Below are positions 48,273 through 58,450 of a stretch of 64,000 bases of DNA, one piece after another. The notes under the pieces are model-generated. The model did no database searches. It was not told where the DNA came from and saw only the letters and a list, made by a program, of their open reading frames with translations. Made by a program: the position numbers and the translations under genes. Position 1 is the first letter of the stretch. Each line of letters starts with the position of its first letter. This DNA comes from Negativicutes bacterium (GTDB lineage Bacteria > Bacillota > Negativicutes > UBA1444): contig CAXXIN010000005.1 in NCBI GenBank assembly GCA_963665275.2, positions 96,001 through 160,000 of the forward strand. Reading direction: 5' to 3'.

Positions 48273-48392
48273 TCAGGAAATGTTATACTCACCGGGCGTT
48301 ACCCCAACCATCTTTTTGAATACGGTGGAGAAAATGACACTGGTCAGTAAAATCTGCCCTTCTTGAAACGCCTGCAGAATATCCAGACTCAT
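48273..48392 (-). pseudogene. Remnant of AraC-family regulator C-terminal HTH
   Basis: Minus strand reads 'FTDQCHF' in one frame and 'FSTVFKKMVGVTPGEY' in the next, joined by a 1-nt shift at 48331-48334. Confidence 0.65.
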
Positions 48393-48572
48393 TTTTGCCG
48401 AACCTCTTTCAATTTTGCGATTTGTTTAAAGATATTATCGCGTGAATGGCAGGGAGAAGTATTGAAGATTGTTGCTTTTTTTGGCTGAAGTAAAAGGATG
48501 GGACAATTTCACGTGGACTTCTTTAAGCAATAAAATATAATTAGGATAATATAGTGAAAGGCGGGTAAGAAT

Positions 48573-48902
48573 ATGCAAATTAACGCTGTACCTTTTTGTA
48601 CCATTGATTGGAAAAATATTGCTCCGACTGAACATGCGGGCACAACCGGCGTAGCTTACTGGCGTACTTTTGAAATGGGAAATATCCGTGTAAGAATGGT
48701 GGAATACACTCCAGGGTATTTGGCCGATCATTGGTGCAAAAAAGGTCATATTTTATTGGTGTTGGAAGGTGAATTGGTGACAGAGCTTGACGATGGGCGC
48801 AAATTTACCTTGACGCCTGGTGTCAGTTACCAGGTTGCTGATGATGCCAATCCCCACAGGTCGTATACGAAAACAGGCGCGAAACTGTTTATTGTCGACT
48901 AA
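48573..48902 (+). CDS. DHCW-motif cupin protein
   Basis: 'EYTPGYLADHWCKKGH'. Confidence 0.88.
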   Translation: MQINAVPFCTIDWKNIAPTEHAGTTGVAYWRTFEMGNIRVRMVEYTPGYLADHWCKKGHILLVLEGELVTELDDGRKFTLTPGVSYQVADDANPHRSYTKTGAKLFIVD

Positions 48903-48949
48903 AAACTTTTTCCCATAATTATTCCAGAGATGCTAAGGAGATGGTTTGA

Positions 48950-49309
48950 GTGGATAAAATCAATCTGGCTCAGAAATTTAGCCTGTTTAACGAGCATTGG
49001 AGTCCGAAGATTGTCGGGGAGTTAAATGATTCCTTCATCAAACTGGCAAAGCTCAAAGGCGAGTTTGACTGGCATCATCACGAACGGGAAGATGAGCTGT
49101 TTTTGGTTGTTAAGGGCGAGCTTATAATCAAATTCAGAGATAACGAGGTTTCCCTGAAGCCAGGGGAACTCATTGTCATTCCCAAGGGGATTGATCATCT
49201 GCCGGTGGCAACCGAAGAAGTGCAGGTAATGTTGATTGAGCCAAAAGGAACATTAAATACAGGGAATGTGGTGACGGAAAAAACCAAAGAGATATTGGAC
49301 CGAATATAA
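48950..49309 (+). CDS. Cupin domain protein
   Basis: 'WSPK', 'WHHH..EDELF', 'PKG..H'. Confidence 0.88.
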   Translation: MDKINLAQKFSLFNEHWSPKIVGELNDSFIKLAKLKGEFDWHHHEREDELFLVVKGELIIKFRDNEVSLKPGELIVIPKGIDHLPVATEEVQVMLIEPKGTLNTGNVVTEKTKEILDRI

Positions 49310-49317
49310 GGAGCAAG

Positions 49318-50154
49318 ATGAAACTAACCGTTTTAGTGGATAATAATACCATGATTGATCGATATTTTTATGGCGAGCCGGGAGTGTCCTATTTCATCGA
49401 GTGCGACGATAAAAAATACTTGTTTGATACCGGATATTCGGACATCTTTCTGCAAAATGCCGCTAAAATGGGCATTGACCTATTGGCGGTAGATGCGATA
49501 GTTCTCTCGCATGGTCACAATGACCACACATGGGGACTATGCGAGTTGGTTAAACGATATTCCGAGGCGATGGCTGAAGGCTACGAGCACAAAAAAACTG
49601 CGATAATCGCGCATCCCGACGCGTTTTTGGATAAGAATGTGGATGGGCTTGACGTGGGGTCAATGTTTTCCGTGAATCAATTACAGAAATCATTTTCGAT
49701 AAAGCTGAGTAAAGGGCCAATGTGGCTCAATGAAAAACTGGTGTTTTTGGGAGAAGTTGAAAGAGCTAATTCTTTTGAGGCGCAAACGCCAATCGGCGAA
49801 ACCCTGCGGGATAATGTTTGGGAAGAGGACTTTGTTCTGGATGATTCGGCTATGGCATATATGTCCGACAAGGGTTTGGTTATCATTACAGGATGTTCCC
49901 ATGCCGGGATCTGCAATATTATCGAATATGCGAAAAAGGTCTGTAAGGAAGAACGGGTTTATGATGTTATTGGGGGATTTCATCTGCTAAATCCTTCGAA
50001 ACACACGTTGGAGAATACCATGGAATATCTTCAAAAATGCCGCCCTCACGCCATCCATGCAGGCCATTGCACTGATTTGCATTCGAAAATAAGGTTGGCT
50101 CAAGTTGCAAATGTGGAAGAGGTTGGCGTCGGGCAAGTGGTGGAATATAAATAA
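49318..50154 (+). CDS. MBL-fold metallo-hydrolase
   Basis: 'FDTG', 'SHGHNDH', 'GCSHAG', 'GGFH', 'HCT'. Confidence 0.9.
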   Translation: MKLTVLVDNNTMIDRYFYGEPGVSYFIECDDKKYLFDTGYSDIFLQNAAKMGIDLLAVDAIVLSHGHNDHTWGLCELVKRYSEAMAEGYEHKKTAIIAHPDAFLDKNVDGLDVGSMFSVNQLQKSFSIKLSKGPMWLNEKLVFLGEVERANSFEAQTPIGETLRDNVWEEDFVLDDSAMAYMSDKGLVIITGCSHAGICNIIEYAKKVCKEERVYDVIGGFHLLNPSKHTLENTMEYLQKCRPHAIHAGHCTDLHSKIRLAQVANVEEVGVGQVVEYK

Positions 50155-50297
50155 GAAATAAGGCTTATGTCAATTGGAGAAGTGGGCGGAGTTTTCTCGA
50201 AATGGGAAAATGACATAAAAATGATAATAATCCCCTTAAGGTAAAGCTGCAACTATTACGATATAAGGTATGAAGATATTTACCAGGGGGCAAGAAC

Positions 50298-51011
50298 ATG
50301 CAGAACTTATTTTTCAGGAACGCACCTTCAATTTTTGTGGTTCTTGGAACAATCTACGGATTGATGTTATATATTAACATTCCGCGAGGTGGCACCGAGG
50401 CAATCTTTATTGCAACAATCGTAATGCTTGGCTATTTCATTTATTCTGGAAAAGTTATTCAACAACTTTATGAAAAGGTATACACGGACAGCCTGACGGG
50501 TCTGAAAAGCAGAGCGGGGTTTGAACCGATGAAAGAGAAAAGGAAGGGTCATACTGGAGCGCTATCGTCACTATTGATGGTTGATGTGGATGATTTCAAA
50601 GCAATCAATGACGAATATGGTCATCCAGCAGGTGACGTGGCGCTGAAATCTCTTGCAACGATTCTCCGTAAAACCGTACGGGACAAAGATAGCGTATTTC
50701 GTTGGGGCGGAGATGAATTTGTCGTCATTCTCCCGGATGCTTCACCGGAGGTTGTAACCATCGTTGCTGAAAGAATCAGAGCTGCTGTCGAGACCTATGG
50801 ACTGTATTCCCTGACTGTGAGCATCGGCATAGCCACAATCATTAACGATAATGTTGGAGCGGCGCTCGCAGAGGCCGACAAAGCAATGTATGAAGCCAAA
50901 GAAATAAAAAACTCAATCGTAACGTATAAGGAAGATCCTAATCGGATCATTATAAATCCGCAGAAATGCCTGCAAGCAGAACATAATGCTGACGTGATAT
51001 GGGTACAATAA
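50298..51011 (+). CDS. Membrane-anchored diguanylate cyclase
   Basis: Two N-terminal TM segments, 'DVDDFK.IND.YGH..GD', RxxD, GGDEF. The C-terminal tail is encoded by repeat copy 1. Confidence 0.88.
   Translation: MQNLFFRNAPSIFVVLGTIYGLMLYINIPRGGTEAIFIATIVMLGYFIYSGKVIQQLYEKVYTDSLTGLKSRAGFEPMKEKRKGHTGALSSLLMVDVDDFKAINDEYGHPAGDVALKSLATILRKTVRDKDSVFRWGGDEFVVILPDASPEVVTIVAERIRAAVETYGLYSLTVSIGIATIINDNVGAALAEADKAMYEAKEIKNSIVTYKEDPNRIIINPQKCLQAEHNADVIWVQ
50955..51011 (+). repeat. 57-bp direct repeat, copy 1
   Basis: AATCCGCAGAAATGCCTGCAAGCAGAACATAATGCTGACGTGATATGGGTACAATAA, 51/57 identical to 62741-62797. Confidence 0.9.
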
Positions 51012-51055
51012 AAAATAATTTGCCACTGGGAACATTTAAACGATGAGTTTGATTG

Positions 51056-51082
51056 AGCACGCTATAATGGCGTGTTTTTTTT
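51056..51082 (+). terminator. Intrinsic terminator after GGDEF gene
   Basis: GCACGCTA-taa-TGGCGTGT followed by a T-run. Confidence 0.6.
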
Positions 51083-51111
51083 GTCCAAATAAAATAGCGC
51101 TAAATGAGGAC

Positions 51112-51172
51112 TTGCAAATCAATAAAAAGGAAGATAAAATAGAAACCAAATACAAGCGAGTGATCACTCGCT
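51112..51172 (+). promoter_or_regulatory. Sigma70-type promoter with TetR-type operator
   Basis: TTGCAA (51112)-17 bp-TAAAAT (51135), then a perfect 18-bp palindrome AGCGAGTGATCACTCGCT (51155-51172). Confidence 0.75.
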
Positions 51173-51186
51173 CGAATGGTGAAAAC

Positions 51187-51774
51187 ATGACGATTAATTT
51201 TTTGCATCGTAAAGAAAGTGTGATACTGACAGCTATTGAAATAATTGACGAGCTGGGCATTCAAGGGCTGTCAACGCGAGAGATTGCGAAGCGGCAAGGG
51301 ATTTCAGAGGGGACGCTCTTCCGGCATTTCAAGTCGAAGAATGAGATCGTAATTGCTGTTTTGGACTATTTTTCCAAATATGACGCGGATATATTTGACT
51401 CAGTAAAGTTGAAAGGCTTGAAATCCAAAGAAGCAATCATATTCTTAGTAGACTCTCATGTGTCATACTATGAGAATTATCCAGCCATTACTGCAGTGAC
51501 ACAATTATACGGGGTGTTATCAGCTGAACCTGATTTCACGGAGAAGATAAAGAGTATCTTTTTTGGGCGCATGAACTTTCTTAAAGAGGTCATTGAGGGG
51601 GGGCAGAGAGCCGGTGAAATAAAACCGGATCTTGATAGCAACATAGTGGCGCATATCATAGACGGAACTTTCAGAAGTATATGTCTAACGTGGCGAATGA
51701 ATGGGCGCACTTTTCCTTTGCGGGAGAAAATGCTTTCGGCGATTAATGTCTTGTTGGAGGCGTTTTGCCAATAA
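51187..51774 (+). CDS. TetR/AcrR family transcriptional regulator
   Basis: Start reassigned to ATG 51187. HTH 'STREIAKRQGISEGTLFRHFKSKNEI'. Confidence 0.9.
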   Translation: MTINFLHRKESVILTAIEIIDELGIQGLSTREIAKRQGISEGTLFRHFKSKNEIVIAVLDYFSKYDADIFDSVKLKGLKSKEAIIFLVDSHVSYYENYPAITAVTQLYGVLSAEPDFTEKIKSIFFGRMNFLKEVIEGGQRAGEIKPDLDSNIVAHIIDGTFRSICLTWRMNGRTFPLREKMLSAINVLLEAFCQ

Positions 51775-51799
51775 CAAAATAACGAACGGGAGGATGAAA

Positions 51800-52162
51800 A
51801 TGAAAAGAGTATTAATTGTGGATGACATGGTTTTTATGCGGTTTGCGCTCAAGGGAATGCTGACTAAGAATGGATTCGAGGTCGTGGGAGAGGCGGAAAA
51901 CGGTGCTCTCGGGGTAGAAAAATACAAAGAATATTCGCCTGATATTGTGACAATGGATATCACGATGCCGGTAATGACTGGACTTGAGGCGCTGCAAGAA
52001 ATCATAAAATATGATCCTCGGGCTCGAATTGTAATGGTTTCTGCAATGGGACAGGAACGCTTTGTAAAAGAAGCGATTTTGTATGGAGCGAAATACTTTA
52101 TTGTGAAGCCGTTTAAAGAAGAGCAGGTATTGGAGACGATTAAAAAAGTTGCTGCTTTGTAG
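51800..52162 (+). CDS. cheY: Chemotaxis response regulator
   Basis: 'VDD..FMR', 'MDITMP', 'SAMGQ', 'KPF' (Firmicute-type CheY). Confidence 0.9.
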   Translation: MKRVLIVDDMVFMRFALKGMLTKNGFEVVGEAENGALGVEKYKEYSPDIVTMDITMPVMTGLEALQEIIKYDPRARIVMVSAMGQERFVKEAILYGAKYFIVKPFKEEQVLETIKKVAAL

Positions 52163-52189
52163 AAGAGCAGATTGAAGGGGTCGATAGTG

Positions 52190-54265
52190 ATGTCTGACCA
52201 CAACGTACTGGAACCCATGCTTGATTTGTACCTGTTTGAAACTTCTCAGCTGGTAGAGCAGCTAGAGCAAAACATAATATGCAGTGAGAAATCGGGCGGC
52301 TATAATTCTTCCCAGATTGATGAAATTTTCCGAGTGATGCATTCGATCAAAGGGTCATCGGCGATGATGATGTTTGATAACATTGCTACCTTGGCTCATT
52401 CTATCGAAGATGTCTTTTATTATTTGCGCGAGGCGAAACCAGCAAACGTTGATTGTTCACAACTAACGGACCTGATTTTGGCAGGTGTCGATTTTATCAA
52501 AAACGAGTTGGAGAAGATCAGAAATCTTAGCAATGCGGATGGCGATGCATTGCTATTAATTGATGCCATAAAGACCTTGCTGGAAGGGTTGAAAAAATCC
52601 AATCCCAATACTGTGAATGGCGAGCCTGCCAAAGGCGCTTCTGCTAAGAAACAGCAGTACTATATCAGTCAGAATAAGAGCAAAGGCCTATTTAACAAAC
52701 ATTTTTTCATGGCCACGATATTCTTTGAAGATCATTGTGAAATGGAAAATATCCGGGCCTATACAATTATTCCGGGACTGCAGGAAATTGCCGAAGATAT
52801 TTCCTACATTCCGGAAAATATTATGGAAGACGATTCTACAGCTGAAATTATCCAACGAGAAGGATTCAAGCTGTTTTTTGCTACAGAGCGAACACATAAT
52901 GAAATTTACGAATATCTTGGGAAAACCATCTTTCTGAAAAAACTGGAGTTGGCGCAAAGTGATGAGTCTACTCCCGCCAAACAAATTCTGCGACCCCAAC
53001 GGATTCTACTTGAAGATGCACCTGTAATTGTTCCGCAGACTGTGGAAAAGTGTGTGGTCGAAAGAGATGCCGAAGTCGTTGCCGCCAGCAATCCCAGTAT
53101 GATCAACGTCAATGTGGTCAAACTGGACAAACTGATGGATCTGGTGGGTGAATTGGTCATATCCGAGGCCATGGTAACGCAAAATCCTGAACTGAAAGGC
53201 CTCGTGCTCGATAATTTTACGAAGGCGGCTCGTCAACTGGAAAAAATCACTGGTGAATTGCAAGATATGGTCATGTCGATTCGAATGGTTCCGTTGACAA
53301 CGACATTTCATAAGATGCACCGGGTTGTTCGGGATATGTGCAAAAAACTTGGCAAGGAAGTTCAGTTGGAGCTGATCGGCGAAACCACGGAAGTGGACAA
53401 AAACATTATCGAACATATTTCGGACCCTTTGATGCATTTGATTCGAAATTCTCTCGACCACGGCCTGGAATTGGGCGAAGAACGAATAGCAGCAGGAAAA
53501 CCCGCTGTCGGTAAAATAACTCTGGAAGCAAAGAATGCCGGCAATGATGTTGTTATTCTGATTAAAGATGACGGACGAGGGCTGAACAAGAGCAAGATTC
53601 TTGAGCGAGCCCGGCAAAAAGGGCTTTTACTTAAACCTGAAACCGAGTTGACCGATAAAGAAATTTTTTCCTTCATCTTTGCCCCTGGATTCTCCACCAA
53701 CGACCAAGTGACGGAGTTTTCGGGCAGAGGGGTGGGGATGGATATAGTATCCAGAAATATCAATAGTATCGGCGGCATCGTATTGATTGAGAGCACTCCA
53801 GGCCAAGGAACGACCATTTCTCTAAAAATTCCCCTGACATTGGCGATTGTTGATGGTATGACGATTGGAGTGGGGACGGCCCGATATACCATTCCGATTA
53901 CATCGATCAAAGAATCGTTCAGACCTCGCGAAAAGGATATCATAGTCGATCCCGACGGAAACGAAATGATTATGGTACGGGGGCAATGTTATCCGATACT
54001 TCGTATTCACCGAATATTTGCCGTCAAAACCGACGTTGCCAGCTATACAGACGGGATCATTATCATGGTGGAAAACGAAAGTAAAATTCTTTGTCTTTTC
54101 GCGGATGAACTTATTGGCGAACAACAAGTGGTTGTAAAAGCGCTGCCGCCTTACATCAAAAATATCCGGCAAGTGGAAGGCTTGGCGGGATGCACTCTTC
54201 TGGGCGACGGCAGTATCAGTCTGATACTGGACATCGGCGGATTGATGCACAGATGCTACGCGTAA
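52190..54265 (+). CDS. cheA: Chemotaxis histidine kinase
   Basis: Hpt 'FRVMHSIKG', 'DPLMHLIRNSLDHG', 'SGRGVGMD', C-terminal CheW domain. Confidence 0.95.
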   Translation: MSDHNVLEPMLDLYLFETSQLVEQLEQNIICSEKSGGYNSSQIDEIFRVMHSIKGSSAMMMFDNIATLAHSIEDVFYYLREAKPANVDCSQLTDLILAGVDFIKNELEKIRNLSNADGDALLLIDAIKTLLEGLKKSNPNTVNGEPAKGASAKKQQYYISQNKSKGLFNKHFFMATIFFEDHCEMENIRAYTIIPGLQEIAEDISYIPENIMEDDSTAEIIQREGFKLFFATERTHNEIYEYLGKTIFLKKLELAQSDESTPAKQILRPQRILLEDAPVIVPQTVEKCVVERDAEVVAASNPSMINVNVVKLDKLMDLVGELVISEAMVTQNPELKGLVLDNFTKAARQLEKITGELQDMVMSIRMVPLTTTFHKMHRVVRDMCKKLGKEVQLELIGETTEVDKNIIEHISDPLMHLIRNSLDHGLELGEERIAAGKPAVGKITLEAKNAGNDVVILIKDDGRGLNKSKILERARQKGLLLKPETELTDKEIFSFIFAPGFSTNDQVTEFSGRGVGMDIVSRNINSIGGIVLIESTPGQGTTISLKIPLTLAIVDGMTIGVGTARYTIPITSIKESFRPREKDIIVDPDGNEMIMVRGQCYPILRIHRIFAVKTDVASYTDGIIIMVENESKILCLFADELIGEQQVVVKALPPYIKNIRQVEGLAGCTLLGDGSISLILDIGGLMHRCYA

Positions 54266-54314
54266 AGTGAGCAGCGACGTTAAATTAATTATAACAATAT
54301 AAGGAGGAAGACCG

Positions 54315-56021
54315 ATGAACTGGTTCCAGAATCTCAAAATTGCAAAAAAACTTATTGTTGCGTTTCTCGGCGTGGCGTTGATTACGGGTATCGTTGGTAT
54401 CGTGGGGATCGTCGGCCTGTATAATCTGGCTCAAGAAGATACTCTATTGTATGAGTTCTATACCGTGCCGATGGAGCAGATGGGGAATGTAACCGAGGCG
54501 TATCAAAAAAGTCGCGTCGATTTTAGAGAGGCTCTTCTCAATAAAGACCCGAGAATCCAAGAGGAAAATTTTAAAAAATTTGATGATCAGATCAAGAGGA
54601 TGAGAAGCGAAAGCAGCAAGCTCACGAAGACTTTAGTCAGTGAAGAGGGGCATAAACTTCAGAAAACGCTTGAAACGACAATCGATGGATATGACGTTTA
54701 CGCCAAAAAGCTATTTGTTATGGTCCGAGCCGGTCAAGTTGACCAAGTGAATCAACTGATGCAAACAGAGGGATACAAGATTGCCGAGATTATGGGAACG
54801 ACTCTCGGGACGATGGGCGATATGAAAATCCAATTGGCGAAACAGAAAGCAGCAGGCAATAAACAGACCGCGAACATGGCCATCATCATAATGGCGGCAT
54901 TTATCGTCGTTGGAGCGTCCCTGGCCATGGTGCTCGGTGTTTATATCGCAAGGGTGATCTCCAAACCAATTCGCGCTATTGTTGAGGTAGCCGACAAAAT
55001 TGCCGCCGGTGATTTAGATGTCAATGTAGACATAAAGACACGCGATGAAATCGGCGCGTTGGCCGGGGCTTTCAATGTAATGTCGGATAATATGAACAAG
55101 GCGTTGTTTAATATCAACGAAGCGGCTGAACAAGTGACGGCGGGAACTCAGCAGATCGCTGCATCCGGCGAAGCTTTGTCGCAGGGTTCCACCGAGCAGG
55201 CTAGCGCGATTGAGGAGATTACGGCCTCGATGGAACAAGTGGCCGTTCAAACGAAGGCAAATGCGGTGAACGCCAATCAGGCGAACGAACTGGCTATCAC
55301 TGCGAAAGACAATGCGATCCAAGGTAACCGTCAAATGCAGGAAATGGTCAAAGCTATGGCGGAAATCAACGAGTCTTCGACTAATATCTCCAAGATTATT
55401 AAAGTTATTGATGAAATTGCATTTCAAACGAATATACTCGCGCTCAATGCGGCTGTAGAAGCGGCACGAGCAGGACAACACGGCAAAGGATTCGCTGTGG
55501 TGGCTGAGGAAGTCCGTAATCTGGCCGCCAGAAGCGCCAACGCCGCCAAGGAAACTACAGCGATGATCGAAGGCTCGATCAAAAAAGTGGGCGCAGGAAC
55601 GCAAATCGCCAATCAAACAGCGGAAGCGCTAAATGTTATTGTGGATGGGGTATCCAAGGCGGCCGTGCTGGTTGGCGACATCGCGGCGGCTTCCAATGAG
55701 CAGTCAACGGCTATTTCTCAAGTCAACCAAGCGATTGCCCAGGTGTCCCAGGTGGTCTTGACGAACTCGGCGACGGCGGAAGAAAGTGCAGCGGCGAGTG
55801 AAGAACTGGCGAGCCAGTCGGAAGCGATGAAAGAAAATGTGGGGAAATTTAAACTAAAAAAAGCAGATCGCGGGTTCAAAGATGTTGAAAATCTGAGTCC
55901 TGAAATATTGCGGGCGATTGAAAATATGATGGCGCAGAAAAAGCAGGGGTATGCAAAATATGAACCTGTATCGGCGCGAGGGAAAATAGTTCTTGACGAC
56001 AGCGAATTTGGCAAGTATTAA
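54315..56021 (+). CDS. Methyl-accepting chemotaxis protein (4HB sensor, HAMP, C-terminal pentapeptide)
   Basis: 2 TM segments, HAMP 'DEIG.L', MCP core, C-terminus 'EFGKY'. Confidence 0.93.
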   Translation: MNWFQNLKIAKKLIVAFLGVALITGIVGIVGIVGLYNLAQEDTLLYEFYTVPMEQMGNVTEAYQKSRVDFREALLNKDPRIQEENFKKFDDQIKRMRSESSKLTKTLVSEEGHKLQKTLETTIDGYDVYAKKLFVMVRAGQVDQVNQLMQTEGYKIAEIMGTTLGTMGDMKIQLAKQKAAGNKQTANMAIIIMAAFIVVGASLAMVLGVYIARVISKPIRAIVEVADKIAAGDLDVNVDIKTRDEIGALAGAFNVMSDNMNKALFNINEAAEQVTAGTQQIAASGEALSQGSTEQASAIEEITASMEQVAVQTKANAVNANQANELAITAKDNAIQGNRQMQEMVKAMAEINESSTNISKIIKVIDEIAFQTNILALNAAVEAARAGQHGKGFAVVAEEVRNLAARSANAAKETTAMIEGSIKKVGAGTQIANQTAEALNVIVDGVSKAAVLVGDIAAASNEQSTAISQVNQAIAQVSQVVLTNSATAEESAAASEELASQSEAMKENVGKFKLKKADRGFKDVENLSPEILRAIENMMAQKKQGYAKYEPVSARGKIVLDDSEFGKY

Positions 56022-56063
56022 GACCTGAAAATGCGGTTTTGATACAGGAAAGGAGCAAGCGCC

Positions 56064-56561
56064 ATGACTGCAATTACTGACAATGATTTGGAACTGGAAG
56101 AAGATACGCAGAAGGGCAAGTTCTTGACATTCCCCCTGGGTGCGGAAGTCTACGGCATCGAAATACAGTTTGTTACAGAGATCATCGGGATGCAATCGGT
56201 AACGGAAGTGCCTGATCTGCCGGAATACGTAAAAGGGATTATTAATCTCCGAGGGAAAATCATTCCAGTCATTGATGTACGATTACGGTTCAAAAAACCA
56301 CCCATGGATTATAATGACCGAACTTGCATCGTAGTTGTGGAGATTAAGGATGTCGCCGTTGGACTGATTGTCGATACGGTCGCGGAAGTGCTGACTATTG
56401 CCGACCAAGAGATCGTTCCACCGCCGCAACTGAATAACGGCAGCTATCAACAGCGCTTTACAAAAGCGATTGCTAAAGTGAATAATGATGTAAAGCTGAT
56501 TTTGGATTGCGACAGACTGCTAAGTGATGACGAAATGGCCAACTTGCCGCAATCCAGCTGA
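56064..56561 (+). CDS. cheW: Chemotaxis coupling protein
   Basis: 'VKGIINLRGKIIPVID', 'GLIVD.V.EV'. Confidence 0.93.
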   Translation: MTAITDNDLELEEDTQKGKFLTFPLGAEVYGIEIQFVTEIIGMQSVTEVPDLPEYVKGIINLRGKIIPVIDVRLRFKKPPMDYNDRTCIVVVEIKDVAVGLIVDTVAEVLTIADQEIVPPPQLNNGSYQQRFTKAIAKVNNDVKLILDCDRLLSDDEMANLPQSS

Positions 56562-56587
56562 GAAGCGGTATTGAAGGACGGAAAACC

Positions 56588-57403
56588 ATGGATGCGATAA
56601 CCGATAAAGAGTTTATCGAGCTGGTTCATTTTATCAAGAAAAATTACGGGATTGATCTCTCGCAGAAAAGAAGCTTGGTATTGGGCCGTTTGCATAATTA
56701 TATTTTGCAAAGTGGCTTCGACACTTTTTCCGCTTATTTTCAATATGTGTGGCATGACTCTTCTGGTAAGGCGGGGGCCATCCTGGTGAACAAGCTGACA
56801 ACCAACCACACTTATTTTTTGCGTGAGCCACAGCATTTTGATTTTTTGGAACGAGTGGCGTTGCCGTATCTTGCCAAGACCGAGACGCGGGATAAGGATT
56901 TGCGGATATGGAGCGCCGGCTGTTCGACAGGGGAAGAACCCTATACGGTGGCAATGATTATTGATTCATTCTTTGCTACGGAAAAAGCCAAGTGGAATAC
57001 AAAAGTTCTGGCTACCGACATTTCCACTGCCGTGTTGGAAAAGGCGCAGGAAGCGGTTTATCCCAGTGAACAGTTGGCGGTTTTGCCGGACGTCTGGCGA
57101 AGAAGATATTTTCGCAAGGTCGACGAGGAGAATAGTATTCTGCACGAGAAAATGCGAAATGAAGTCATCTTTCGACGGCTTAACCTGATGAATGAAGCTT
57201 TTCCTTTTAAGAAAAAATTTCATATCATTTTTTGCCGCAATGTAATGATATACTTCGACGCCGAGGTAAAGCGGGCTTTAATTAACCGGTTTTACGACTA
57301 TACGGAGCCGGGCGGCTATTTATTTATTGGCCATTCCGAATCCCTGAATCGTCATGAAACGAAATATGATTTCGTGGGGCCTGCTATTTACCGAAGGGGA
57401 TAG
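56588..57403 (+). CDS. cheR: Chemotaxis methyltransferase
   Basis: 'TTNHTYFLRE', 'WSAGCSTGEEPY', 'FCRNVMIYF'. Confidence 0.95.
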   Translation: MDAITDKEFIELVHFIKKNYGIDLSQKRSLVLGRLHNYILQSGFDTFSAYFQYVWHDSSGKAGAILVNKLTTNHTYFLREPQHFDFLERVALPYLAKTETRDKDLRIWSAGCSTGEEPYTVAMIIDSFFATEKAKWNTKVLATDISTAVLEKAQEAVYPSEQLAVLPDVWRRRYFRKVDEENSILHEKMRNEVIFRRLNLMNEAFPFKKKFHIIFCRNVMIYFDAEVKRALINRFYDYTEPGGYLFIGHSESLNRHETKYDFVGPAIYRRG

Positions 57404-57406
57404 ATT

Positions 57407-58438
57407 ATGATAACTGCTAAGAAAAAAATCAGAGTTCTGGTAGTAGATGACTCCATTGTTTTCAGGGAAACCTTGGCGCGAGAACTAAGCCGCGATTTTT
57501 TTATCGAAGTAGTGGCGACGGCGCCTGATCCCTACGTGGCCAGGGACAAACTGTTGGAGTTTGGACCGGATGTCATGACTTTGGATGTCGAAATGCCACG
57601 CATGAGCGGTATTGATTTCTTGCGAAAGCTCATTCCCCAGTACCCTATACCGGCGGTAGTGGTCAGTGCGGTCAGCGCCAACATATTCGATGCGTTGAGC
57701 GCCGGGGCCGTTGATTTCGTCACCAAACCGGATGCGAAATCGCCGAAAAACATGGAACTGTTCATTCAGGAGCTAATAAGCAAGATCAAAATCGCTTCAA
57801 CGGCAAAAGTCGAGCCGCCGAAACGAGAGTCTGTCCGTGACTCGGTTTCCGCTGGCGCTATCACAAAAAGTGGTAATAGAATAATAGCCATTGGTGCATC
57901 AACCGGTGGAACGGAAGCTATATTTGAAGTAATACGGTCTTTTCCGCGTAACATGCCCGGCATTGTTATTGTTCAACATATGCCGCCTATATTTACCGCA
58001 ATGTATGCGCAACGATTGAATAATTCCTGCCTAATGGAGGTGAAAGAAGCGGAGACCGGCGATGTGGTAGCGCCGGGAAGAGTGTTGCTGGCACCCGGAG
58101 CCCTGCACATGCGTATTAACCGTCAGGGGGGCAGATATATTGTCGAGTGTTTTAAAGGGGAGAGCGAAAATGGACACTGCCCTTCCGTTGATGTTTTGTT
58201 TAACTCTGTGGCGGAGAGGGCCGGTGCGGCCGGTATCGGCGTCATTCTAACAGGCATGGGGTATGACGGGGCCAAGGGATTGCTAAAAATGAAGCTGGCT
58301 GGCGCAGTCACAATCGGGCAGGATCAGCAATCCTGCATTGTCTATGGAATGCCCAAAGTTGCTTATGAAATCGGAGCCGTGGCCAAACAAGCGCCTCTGG
58401 GCAACATATCACGGCTTATTTGCTCTTACTTGAATTAA
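57407..58438 (+). CDS. cheB: Chemotaxis methylesterase
   Basis: REC domain plus 'GASTGG', 'QHMP', 'LTGMG.DGA', 'YGMP'. Confidence 0.95.
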   Translation: MITAKKKIRVLVVDDSIVFRETLARELSRDFFIEVVATAPDPYVARDKLLEFGPDVMTLDVEMPRMSGIDFLRKLIPQYPIPAVVVSAVSANIFDALSAGAVDFVTKPDAKSPKNMELFIQELISKIKIASTAKVEPPKRESVRDSVSAGAITKSGNRIIAIGASTGGTEAIFEVIRSFPRNMPGIVIVQHMPPIFTAMYAQRLNNSCLMEVKEAETGDVVAPGRVLLAPGALHMRINRQGGRYIVECFKGESENGHCPSVDVLFNSVAERAGAAGIGVILTGMGYDGAKGLLKMKLAGAVTIGQDQQSCIVYGMPKVAYEIGAVAKQAPLGNISRLICSYLN

Positions 58439-58450
58439 ATTCGGCAGCGG

